A stretch of 17,190 nt of DNA from Bdellovibrionota bacterium (GTDB lineage: Bacteria; Bdellovibrionota; UBA1018; UBA923). Both the position numbers and the translations under genes were made by a program. The notes below the pieces were generated by a model, which was given only the letters and a program-made list of their open reading frames with translations, did no database searches and was not told the origin of the DNA. This document shows positions 6,501 through 14,010 of this stretch, in pieces; positions within the stretch are counted from its first letter, which is position 1, and each line of letters opens with the position of its first letter. The stretch is from the NCBI GenBank assembly GCA_040754655.1, contig JBFMCE010000083.1, positions 1 through 17,190 on the forward strand. The letters run 5' to 3'.

Positions 6501-9014
6501 GAAATCAACGGGTGCTGAATGCAGGCACCTGCGTTCAATCTGCGAAAGTCCGCCTTGGTAACCAAGCTTGGGTTCAGTGAAAGACAAGATATCCAGCTCG
6601 ATCGCATCGGGGCTTGCGACCTGAGGTTTCTCGTCTCTTCCCACTTCTCCTTGAGAAAAGAGATCAGGGTTGTAACAGTTATTGATATTGCCGCACCGGC
6701 AGTCTGCCTCGCATCTGAACTTGAACTGAAAACCATCGCGTTCATAAACTTCGGTGCCAAGCCCCAAGGTCATGCGAGGCTCTCCATTGCATCGATTGAC
6801 AAACTCGTCATGAGAGAGAGGAACCTGCCCGTTCGGAAACTTGCTATGGCATTTGGCGATCAACTCTGGGTCGGTTTTTATCTTCAACTCCGCAAGCCTT
6901 CGCTCTTTTTCATTGTTGTTAGGGGAAGAAATCAACGCCTCGTCGTAACCGCTATACCCTTCTGGGGCGGAAATTTGAGGAGACTGCTGTTCTCGACGTT
7001 GTCTTAACTGACTTGCCCCACCCTCAGCGCCATCCCCGACGGCACGAGCCTCTCCGTTGCCTGCAGACCCCAGATTGACGGCGCTTGAAGCGCCAGAAGC
7101 CGGGCGCAATAAGAATTGCACTGACCCCACGGCTTGGCCCGCGGGCATTTTCTTAAGATAATTCGCAAAACCTCTTGTGATGTAGCCTTCACAAGAGAAA
7201 GGTTCCCTTGCATTGTTTTTCTGTTTCTTGTCAGAAGCGAACTCCAGGCGCTTATAATTATTGCCGGCCTGTTCATTCGTGGCTTCGTTCTGACAAGCTT
7301 GTTTTTCAACAGGATTGCGACCGAGCTCTTTTAAGAGTGAATGCTCAACTCCCACGATTTCATTCAACACAAGCTCTGGATCAGCGTATTTTCCCTTTTG
7401 AACCGGATCAGCTTCGCAATAGAGTGAGAATGCATCGGCGATGACCGTATTGATATCTTGCTTTGTGCCTTGAGCAACCCATGGAGCGTAAGCTGCGATA
7501 GCTTTTGCCGCAAAGAATTGCCCAACGGCATCAACGCTCTGGTCGCGCGGGCTAACCGCCTTAATTTTTCCTTCATCTATGTTCTCAATGTCTTTTGCGG
7601 TGAACTCAGACGCGCAGTGCGGACGCGCAAGCGAAACCACGCCAAAGTTTGAGGCTTGGTTTTTTGATGTTCCGACCGCTCTTGCCACGCTTTGAGCATA
7701 GCCAGATTCAAAAGGAGTGGCCGTGATCTCTGGCAATGAATTTCCTTTGCCAAGTTTTGTGGCGATGCAAGCCCTTAGAGGCTCAAACACGCCGCTTAGC
7801 GGTACACCTGCCTTGTCTAAAAACACGCTATCCAGCGCGCATGGGTCAACAGCCCGGGAAAGGGCCGAGGCTAAAGCGCCACCAATGCGGGCTTGATTGC
7901 CCGTAAGGAGAAGGCCTGGGCAAACAAGAATTTTTTGTTTTCCCGTCGTCTGATCGCGAACGTAAATCGCGTTTGCTTGATCAAACACGCAAAACTCAGG
8001 CGCGTTGATGAAATCAAGCTCAACCGACTCAATCAATGCAGCAAGTGCCTTCTCTGTGGAATTGAAGAGCCCATCAATGTCTTTATTCGCCATGTACGAA
8101 CTACCGCCGCTCGCAGACAGATCAGCATCGTGGCCTTTCAAGACTGTCTTTGCCGTTTGAATCTCTTTTAAAAGTGATTGCTTAAAGCTTTTCTGGATAC
8201 CACGAAAAATATCTTCGGCAGAAGCGATGTCACGCGAGCTTGGTTTCAGATGCTTCTTGAGCGCTGCTTGGTAGAGCGAAGCCAATTCTGGATCAGCCTT
8301 AACAGCTTCGCCCAGTTGAGGACTTTCTAAAGTCAGGCCTTTCTTTTTAAGGATTTCTAAAGCTTTAGGATCGCGCACGAACTCTTCAGTGGCTATCTTC
8401 GTCTTTTCTTTCTCACCTGCGATCGGGGCCTGAGCACGAGCCACCATCGCGCTTCCATCACAGACAAAGTCATAAAACTCTCCGGGGCCGCAAGCTGATT
8501 TTGCAGATCTGTCGAATCGAAACAGAGACTGCCCCGGCGTGATGTTTGATGAGACGATCACATCACATCCGTCTTGAGGAATCCCTGCTTTGCGAAGCGC
8601 GCCATCGAGCTGGTCATAAATATTCCCTACGCCGTCGCCGATTTCGAGGTTGTCGGCAACCGTTTTTCTCGGATTCTTTGACTTCCCACGCAAAGGTGTT
8701 CGAGAAACCGACGCTTTGCCGGCAAACGAAGGTTTTTTCTTCGGTGGCGCTTTAGGTTTAGGTTTTTCTTGCGGCTGAGAATTTCCACCCACAGAGACTT
8801 CTACATTTGTCGTTGCTTGAACGTCGCCAGATTCGGTCGTCTGTTTGGCGCGGATGACTTTTTTTCCGTTCTCTTCCACGACCTCAAACCCAGCTAAATA
8901 CCCTTTGCCTACGTGATCAAGCGCATTTGATGGACTTTGCCCCCAGATGCCCTCGGGTGAAAGAATCCCAATCAGAGCGACAAGCGATGAAACGATCAGA
9001 CTCTGATTTTTCAT
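3561..9014 (-). CDS. Large exported Cys-rich multidomain protein (~1817 aa) with a degenerate zincin-like domain and ~8 Cys-rich modules
   Basis: 5.4-kb ORF. ATG 9014 has GAGGG upstream and gives a signal peptide (MKNQSLIVSSLVALIGILSPEGIWG-Q), 10 nt after the upstream stop. Function is not recognisable. Confidence 0.85.
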   Translation of the reverse strand: MKNQSLIVSSLVALIGILSPEGIWGQSPSNALDHVGKGYLAGFEVVEENGKKVIRAKQTTESGDVQATTNVEVSVGGNSQPQEKPKPKAPPKKKPSFAGKASVSRTPLRGKSKNPRKTVADNLEIGDGVGNIYDQLDGALRKAGIPQDGCDVIVSSNITPGQSLFRFDRSAKSACGPGEFYDFVCDGSAMVARAQAPIAGEKEKTKIATEEFVRDPKALEILKKKGLTLESPQLGEAVKADPELASLYQAALKKHLKPSSRDIASAEDIFRGIQKSFKQSLLKEIQTAKTVLKGHDADLSASGGSSYMANKDIDGLFNSTEKALAALIESVELDFINAPEFCVFDQANAIYVRDQTTGKQKILVCPGLLLTGNQARIGGALASALSRAVDPCALDSVFLDKAGVPLSGVFEPLRACIATKLGKGNSLPEITATPFESGYAQSVARAVGTSKNQASNFGVVSLARPHCASEFTAKDIENIDEGKIKAVSPRDQSVDAVGQFFAAKAIAAYAPWVAQGTKQDINTVIADAFSLYCEADPVQKGKYADPELVLNEIVGVEHSLLKELGRNPVEKQACQNEATNEQAGNNYKRLEFASDKKQKNNAREPFSCEGYITRGFANYLKKMPAGQAVGSVQFLLRPASGASSAVNLGSAGNGEARAVGDGAEGGASQLRQRREQQSPQISAPEGYSGYDEALISSPNNNEKERRLAELKIKTDPELIAKCHSKFPNGQVPLSHDEFVNRCNGEPRMTLGLGTEVYERDGFQFKFRCEADCRCGNINNCYNPDLFSQGEVGRDEKPQVASPDAIELDILSFTEPKLGYQGGLSQIERRCLHSAPVDFSDPRMLNACKNPRQDGWASLGLSQVSEFSSGNMYVFACDTVCHCASGAFVRCAAALRPFDAEEQVRVVQLGHDLYQKAVAAHRQGLVFEELRKISPQLRSAPVVELGASQQGLVAARSGASSASLQRGPGGNRAIGGQSGAQTQNQQARGFENRRLPTPEEEKLFGLAAADQCKAPQNFKRGKHCTRGVNEDVVLVPNEHDELLAFSCYRLNCRDTDKGITFESSVVAPREPEGDELAEVALIDQAAQKCRSGFESKRCKGSECIDKIHIVYKYGGKKNLYEFPCKHTLTKTDQGQVWKHMLDLPGLGKAYNNAKKPELVDAAQLVELGLANEAHAKCDSQKSAGKVPLEKCLSEEGVQFEGSLAKNGKNYRFACYFSCTAVEGKPNEPQMKFGLRPISRKQVEAAGSEQNVEVSESSVALGVRGDESAESSGELPNGELPRAALESGRSQPGKLVARKKDPLRAQTRAPEQEELADPILTRAATKKCEESRRFTRSTCTPNGICQGKVEIVTSGDALEYPCVFTNCGMHDTDDGEVFACSGRHYLGVNTAASISGRAKNRSEAKPIVRAEKPVEGAEALDDEDPKKPRIPLKAARPVKVVPAGYKRPGNTGARLPFYAEELVNESFEKAAKDACKRALPNIESDHCDAAKGICKLPAVSVKTTGDTLIYPCFFSGCLVDKIGTRSFGCTGLSLGTDDRAQAYEVLVKKSGKKDASGGTLVPGREIPEHERGDLGASVALGSQSGDLPESDGAEGDANEPHAVADAAGRGPAAKEDQQNSILTASASSSYRVPSMFLNLLMASPLHEHAGFRSEFQVNQQKKDYLEACKGLKPRDGEDLFLESRCKAPNSPINAVRGPFTEPPTREIAAGDFKGSAYYYHVYCDPVGLCKDPKTRKVENIHLEPRLEGPFTEEGCPLMGAARVDLPFFGNAANKANKACKQMADVYTYDFQVTNKRGRSTCVYECGCFPEKFCKLQEVR

Positions 9015-9024
9015 TCTCACGCCC

Positions 9025-9558
9025 TCACCGCCCCGCCAGAAGGCTTGTGCCTTCGTAGAAATCATGAAAACTATACGTAGCGCCATCAAAGCGGCGATCG
9101 CCGAGACATACTTTTGTTTTCTGTTTTTTCGAGCCTACCAGTTGGTATTCAATCGAAGCGACACCATGGCAAACCAGGTCTTTGCGCTCGGGGCGCGAGT
9201 TTTCAAGAAGCACGCGCTCAAACACTTGCCAGTAGCGGTCTTGCCAACGCCTGCAAACTTCGCTCGTGACCGCGGCGCTTTGGCCTGAGTGCAGGCGAGA
9301 CGCAAGCCCTCGCTTCTTTGATTTTTCATATTGAACAGAGAAGCCCACATTGCCTTGATCTGACGATTGCGGTGAAAACACTTTCACATCGAGCGAGAAT
9401 CCGACGTCGCAAGGCATGGGTTTTTGAGTGCGACCAGACTTTGAGCGTGCGTGAGCCGCGGCAGACACAAATACAAGCGCCATAAAGACTGTCGTCACAA
9501 AAAGCGAAGAAATCAGATTGTGTCTTTTTAAAGCTCGTTTCAAGCTCGTCCCCCTCAT
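9025..9558 (-). CDS. Small basic exported hypothetical protein (4 Cys); start is ATG 9558 or TTG 9543
   Basis: Sec signal ending in AAAHA; SD-like GAGGA and GAGGGG precede the two candidate starts; operonic with the large gene. Confidence 0.8.
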   Translation of the reverse strand: MRGTSLKRALKRHNLISSLFVTTVFMALVFVSAAAHARSKSGRTQKPMPCDVGFSLDVKVFSPQSSDQGNVGFSVQYEKSKKRGLASRLHSGQSAAVTSEVCRRWQDRYWQVFERVLLENSRPERKDLVCHGVASIEYQLVGSKKQKTKVCLGDRRFDGATYSFHDFYEGTSLLAGR

Positions 9559-9569
9559 GAACGTTCCTC

Positions 9570-9598
9570 ATTATCTCTATTCATACTATTTCAGTCAA
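9570..9598 (-). promoter_or_regulatory. Putative sigma70 promoter of the minus-strand operon
   Basis: TTGACT (9598-9593)-17 nt-GATAAT (9575-9570) on the minus strand. Confidence 0.5.
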
Positions 9599-9724
9599 CT
9601 TTTCGGTAGGATTCGAGATTTTCTTGAGTTGATTTGTAAGTAATTGAAAGTATTAAGCTATAGTTTTTAGCTCAACCGACCGTTGCTTCCGGATCGAGCG
9701 GCTTGCATAGTTGACTTAAATAGT
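9585..9724. repeat. Inverted 16-bp repeat AGTTGACT(G/T)AAATAGT at 9585-9600 (-) and 9709-9724 (+)
   Basis: 15 of 16 bases identical; each copy points towards one of the divergent operons. Confidence 0.75.
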
Positions 9725-9732
9725 CGTAAAAT
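9703..9732 (+). promoter_or_regulatory. Possible sigma70 promoter of the plus-strand three-gene operon
   Basis: TTGCAT-18 nt-TAAAAT, followed by SD GGGGGA (9742-9747) and ATG 9757. Confidence 0.35.
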
Positions 9733-9756
9733 AGGAATACTGGGGGATCTGCTTTT

Positions 9757-12477
9757 ATGACTAGGGCCTATTCTGACCACCAAAATGCGGGTCGTGTACC
9801 GTCTCAACAGCGCCGCGTGATCGCACGCGTGATTCGGTTTGTTCCGACGAACTTTGTTTTCTTTCTCTACCTCGCGGCAAGCATCGCGCTTCTCTTGATG
9901 ACGACCAAAAGTTACGGAGGTCCCCATGAAGAGTGCAACCAACTTTGCGCAACTTGCTCTAGGGGAGCCTATCCTTTCGGTGCAGCAGTGGGTGCCGTAG
10001 GGGGTAATTCCGTCTCGGTATGCCGTTGCTCAAATCCAGACGCAAATCCTGACGGAGGAATTCCCTTCGCATGTTGGGAGAAGACACCATTTTTCAATGC
10101 TAGCACTCCAACAAACCAGAAATGCAAATCTTTCGCGATGACAGACTGTGATGCTATTCCCAAAACACCCGAAGAGCTCTCGGCAAGTGTTTCTCGTCAA
10201 GCATTGAAAAATGAGAACGAACAAGCTTCCCGCGAGCTAGAGGCCCAAAGGCAACGAGATGAGTTCAATCAGCAGGCAAACTTGAAAAAACAAACGGCTG
10301 CAAGAGCAGAACGAGATCTCAAGGCTCTAGATGAAGGGTATCAGAAACAACGCAAAACAGATTCAGAGAAACTAGAGAGTTACAAAGAAACTTACGGCAG
10401 GCTCATGAGAAAAGAGGGCGAATGGAAAGACAGCAACTGCGAAAACTCACAAAGCCCTTCGGATTGTTATGCTCGGGTTGAAAAACACATTGCCGCCCTT
10501 GAAGACAAGATCGAAAACGAGAAAAAAGTTTACGAGGACAAGAAAACAAAACTGCAAGGAGAACACCGTGGCGCCGTGGCTTCTGCGACTAGCCTTGAAA
10601 AGGAAGGTGAACGCCGGGCAAGCCGAGTGCTCGACGGAAAGCCCTTGGATGTCGCCGATGCTCAGGCTGACGGTTCCGTAAATACGGCTATTGAGAGCTC
10701 TGCCCCAGGCGGCGTTAAAAGAACCGCTGCAGACCACCGAGCTTCAGCACAGCGGCTCATGGAAACTGCAGACACGCTTGAGCAAGATGGAAAAACCGAA
10801 GAAGCGCAAGGATTACGCGCTCACGCAGCCGCGCATTATCAAGCAGCCGCACAAGGCGGTGGCCAACCCGCGCCTGAAGGGTATAGAGAATATCCTGCAG
10901 GAGTTGCGGCCCCAGGTGAAAGAGCTCCCCAAGGTGCTGGTGCACAAGGACTTGGTGAACAAGCCTACGACCCCAATCATGTTCCCGTCGAAAGATTTCG
11001 GGCAGACGCTCCGAAGGGCGCTGACAAAAACTCTTCCGAGAAAAAAGGGCCTCCGACATTCATCGCTGATGGCGGGCGTTGCAGCGCCTCGATCGCTGCG
11101 ATGATGGCAGCTGAGGCAAAAAAAGCAGGTTTTGAAGGCAGTCACCGTGATCTTGCCCGCTGGTTCAATGACTCGCAGAATCCAGAAGCCCAACGCATCA
11201 AAAACGACCACGCAAACTACAACTGCGAATCTGACGAAGACTTCTTAGAAGGCTATAAGATCAGTTCACAACTCATCGGCATCACATCAGCAGCCACCGC
11301 GGGGGCTGCCGCTCAAACCGCACAACTCAAAGTGCTTGATGTCTCATCTTCAAGCGATCCAAACCAACAAGGCAATGTGCACAAAACAGCGCTTGAAGCC
11401 ATGGGAACCGCTCACCGAGCAGCTTCGATCACCAGCGGTGTCGCGGCACTTGCGCACGGATGGACCGCCTACCACACGGCTAGAATCGGAGGCCGCCAAG
11501 AAAGAGCCTCTGAACGCACCCAAGACGCTCTCATGACGGAAGACGTCGCTCAAGACAACCGAGTGGGTTCAGAAGAAAACTACTCTGCAGCAGGCGCAGG
11601 TTTTGCGATGGCGCAGCGGCGCGACCTGTCTTCGACCACCGCCAACGAACGCGGCCACACCGCGGCTACCGCTGCCATGGCTGAACACAAGCGCCTGGGC
11701 TCTCAAGGCGATTCGCAGATGTGGCAAAACATCATTCAAGCCACAGTTGCTGGCGCAAGTTTCGTGGGCAACTGGATGCAAGCCGATGCCTACAATAAGG
11801 CAGCTGGTGAATTTACAAACCCGCAACCTTCAACCCAACCCCTTGGAGCACCTCCTCAAGATACGGGTTTTGGAGGCTTGGGTACTACGCCTCCACAGTT
11901 TAGCCCTTCTGAAATCACTGCAAACCCAGAAGTGGTTCCGCTGGGCGACTCACCCAATGAAAACTTAGGCGGTGGTCCACCGCTGATTCCTCCTCCTTTG
12001 GCCGGAAACCCAACAGGTGGCGGCTTAAAAGAACCTGGCCCAGGCCTTAGCAACGGATTCATTGCCCCTGGTCAAACTCAAGGCAATGCTGCCGGTGGTG
12101 GCGCAGGCCTTGCCGGTGGTGGCGCCGCTGGCGGAGCCGACAAAGAACGCGGCGAAGGCGGCAGTGAAAGCATCGCCGGAGGACCTAGCAAGTTTGAAGG
12201 CGGTGGCGCCGGTGGTTTCGGTATCGCAGGTGGTGGTGCTCGCCACGGTGGCGACACGGGCTCGCTTGATTTCGCGGGTCTACTTGGCGCACTCACCAAA
12301 GGCGATGAAAAAGAGCGCGCTCCAGCGGGCGGAATTCTCGACTACAACACGGGCCGCCGCAACGCGCTTGGCGGGTCCGGGCGTGATGATGGCAGCATCT
12401 TGGGAAGAAACTCAAACCTCTTCGTGCGCATCTCGAACCAAACCATGGATCACTATAAACGAGGTCAGTTGAGATGA
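9757..12477 (+). CDS. Exported hypothetical protein (906 aa): Cys-rich N-domain, coiled coil, Ala/Gly-rich hydrophobic helices, Pro/Gly linker, conserved C-terminal motif
   Basis: Good SD; long signal/TM segment ending TKSYG; cluster of Cys; charged heptad region (~10190-10620); ends ILGRNSNLFVRISNQT. Confidence 0.85.
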   Translation: MTRAYSDHQNAGRVPSQQRRVIARVIRFVPTNFVFFLYLAASIALLLMTTKSYGGPHEECNQLCATCSRGAYPFGAAVGAVGGNSVSVCRCSNPDANPDGGIPFACWEKTPFFNASTPTNQKCKSFAMTDCDAIPKTPEELSASVSRQALKNENEQASRELEAQRQRDEFNQQANLKKQTAARAERDLKALDEGYQKQRKTDSEKLESYKETYGRLMRKEGEWKDSNCENSQSPSDCYARVEKHIAALEDKIENEKKVYEDKKTKLQGEHRGAVASATSLEKEGERRASRVLDGKPLDVADAQADGSVNTAIESSAPGGVKRTAADHRASAQRLMETADTLEQDGKTEEAQGLRAHAAAHYQAAAQGGGQPAPEGYREYPAGVAAPGERAPQGAGAQGLGEQAYDPNHVPVERFRADAPKGADKNSSEKKGPPTFIADGGRCSASIAAMMAAEAKKAGFEGSHRDLARWFNDSQNPEAQRIKNDHANYNCESDEDFLEGYKISSQLIGITSAATAGAAAQTAQLKVLDVSSSSDPNQQGNVHKTALEAMGTAHRAASITSGVAALAHGWTAYHTARIGGRQERASERTQDALMTEDVAQDNRVGSEENYSAAGAGFAMAQRRDLSSTTANERGHTAATAAMAEHKRLGSQGDSQMWQNIIQATVAGASFVGNWMQADAYNKAAGEFTNPQPSTQPLGAPPQDTGFGGLGTTPPQFSPSEITANPEVVPLGDSPNENLGGGPPLIPPPLAGNPTGGGLKEPGPGLSNGFIAPGQTQGNAAGGGAGLAGGGAAGGADKERGEGGSESIAGGPSKFEGGGAGGFGIAGGGARHGGDTGSLDFAGLLGALTKGDEKERAPAGGILDYNTGRRNALGGSGRDDGSILGRNSNLFVRISNQTMDHYKRGQLR

Positions 12478-14003
12478 TTGTAAGAACAGTGTTGAAAGCG
12501 CTTAACCGAGACCAACTAGCACGCGCGCTATTTTGGATAGGCGTCGTGGGTCTCGCGATAAGTCCTACCCTTCTCAAAGCAGAAGGCGTTGGCGATGCGG
12601 TCTCTCTTGCGACGCCCGTGATTCAAGGCGCGATTTCATCTGCGATGGCTCCCGATAGACCCAAGAATGGCCCTGGATGCACGCTTCCGAAAGAGCAGTG
12701 TTTGTCTCAAGCAGAACAGCTCTGCGCGTCTCGCCCCTCAGAAAATCATTTGGCTTATGATGCCTGCCACGGCGTCGAAGTCAAGCGCGCGGCCGTTGAT
12801 GCGCAGTATGTGTCTGCAGGCGCCTATGCCGCTGCCTCAACCGTTTGCCTCACCGAGTGCCTTCTCATTTCAACGGGCATCGGCATGGCCACCGGAAGTG
12901 CGGCCTGCTCGTGGTCAGGTGTGGCTGCCATGGGCGCTGACGTGACAGCATCGGCCGTTGTTCTCTCAAAAGGCAAACAGGCCATGCGAAACATCATGGT
13001 CGCCGTGCCAACTGTTATCGGAGGAGTGATGTTCCTCGACGATAAAGACGGTTTTTTCAACATGGACTTTGGCGGGCCTGAAGAAGTTGATCCCAACAAC
13101 CTTCCCAAAGACCAAACCCTTGAAGAAGCTCAAAAGAAGGCTCAAGAAGAATACGCCAAAAAAGCCCAAAGTGCGGCCTGTTGGGGAGCCGCAACAAATG
13201 CTGCTCAAGCCGCTGTTCGCGGAGGCAATATTTTTCTCATCAACAAAGAAGTTGAAAACGACCTCTTAAGCACCTTTGACATTCCCAAGACCGAAGTAGT
13301 CGGCGCAAACTTAGGCTCAGCCTCGCCCTCAACAGCTACAGGCAAACACGACGCCCCCACTCAGATGAGCCCGCAAACAGGAAATCCCATCAAGTCTGCT
13401 GCTGGCAAACCCTCTGGCGAAAAACTCGCGGAATCTGCCGTCAACGCAGGTCAGGGGCCTCTTTTAAAACACTTTGAAAACCTCACCGGAAAACCAGCAC
13501 ACGAGCTTTTTGACCGCATCGTGGGCGGGCAACCGCCGCTTCTGGCTGCCACCGAAATGGCCTCGGGCGCTTTAGGAGAATCTGGAGTCTCGGCGGCCCT
13601 GCAACTACACGCGGCTTCTGGCGACATCGCCGAAAAGCTTGGCGAAGAAGTCACAAAAAAAGACGTGATCGCCCAACAAGTATTTGAGCACTCTAGCGCC
13701 TCACGCTCTGGCGGAAAGTCATCGGGTGGCCCCGTAATGCCTGACCTGCAATCGCTCATCGGTGCGTTGATGCCGAAAAAAACCGACGCCGCGAAAGCAC
13801 AAGGTCCCACAGGGCCCAAACTTGCAGCGCATCAGGTTGCGCAAGTTCAGGCTCAAGGCCTGCATGTGCCTGAAGAGTCTCTGTTCGAGGTTGTTCGTTC
13901 AAGGTATCACCTGGTAGCTCCAAAATTCTTAGCTGGCGATGCAATCACCTCGGGCCGAAATCCGGCCTCGTTTCTGCCCACGAATATTTATCTGAGGAAG
14001 TGA
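12474..14003 (+). CDS. Exported hypothetical protein (509 aa) with Cys-stapled hydrophobic helices; paralog of the next gene
   Basis: ATGA overlap with the previous stop; signal peptide ending LLKA; 'DACH...AYAAASTVCLTEC...SAACSWSGVAAMGADV'; C-terminal ESLFEVVRSRY. Confidence 0.85.
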   Translation: MIVRTVLKALNRDQLARALFWIGVVGLAISPTLLKAEGVGDAVSLATPVIQGAISSAMAPDRPKNGPGCTLPKEQCLSQAEQLCASRPSENHLAYDACHGVEVKRAAVDAQYVSAGAYAAASTVCLTECLLISTGIGMATGSAACSWSGVAAMGADVTASAVVLSKGKQAMRNIMVAVPTVIGGVMFLDDKDGFFNMDFGGPEEVDPNNLPKDQTLEEAQKKAQEEYAKKAQSAACWGAATNAAQAAVRGGNIFLINKEVENDLLSTFDIPKTEVVGANLGSASPSTATGKHDAPTQMSPQTGNPIKSAAGKPSGEKLAESAVNAGQGPLLKHFENLTGKPAHELFDRIVGGQPPLLAATEMASGALGESGVSAALQLHAASGDIAEKLGEEVTKKDVIAQQVFEHSSASRSGGKSSGGPVMPDLQSLIGALMPKKTDAAKAQGPTGPKLAAHQVAQVQAQGLHVPEESLFEVVRSRYHLVAPKFLAGDAITSGRNPASFLPTNIYLRK

Positions 14004-14010
14004 CTTTAAG

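Noticed and set aside
3561..6870. Multiheme cytochrome or Fe-S interpretation of the Cys-rich protein
   Set aside because: No repeated CxxCH motifs; spacing and export signal fit disulfides better.
3950..8755. Numerous 60-160 aa ORFs within or antisense to the large gene (similar ones occur in 9667-15473)
   Set aside because: Shadow frames of long coding genes with no recognisable motifs.
9015..9089. Longer start for the large ORF (1842 aa)
   Set aside because: Overlaps the upstream gene; ATG 9014 has an SD and gives a proper signal peptide.
12085..12255. GGT/GGC-rich quasi-repeats
   Set aside because: Explained by a Gly/Ala low-complexity linker; not collagen GXY, VNTR or CRISPR.
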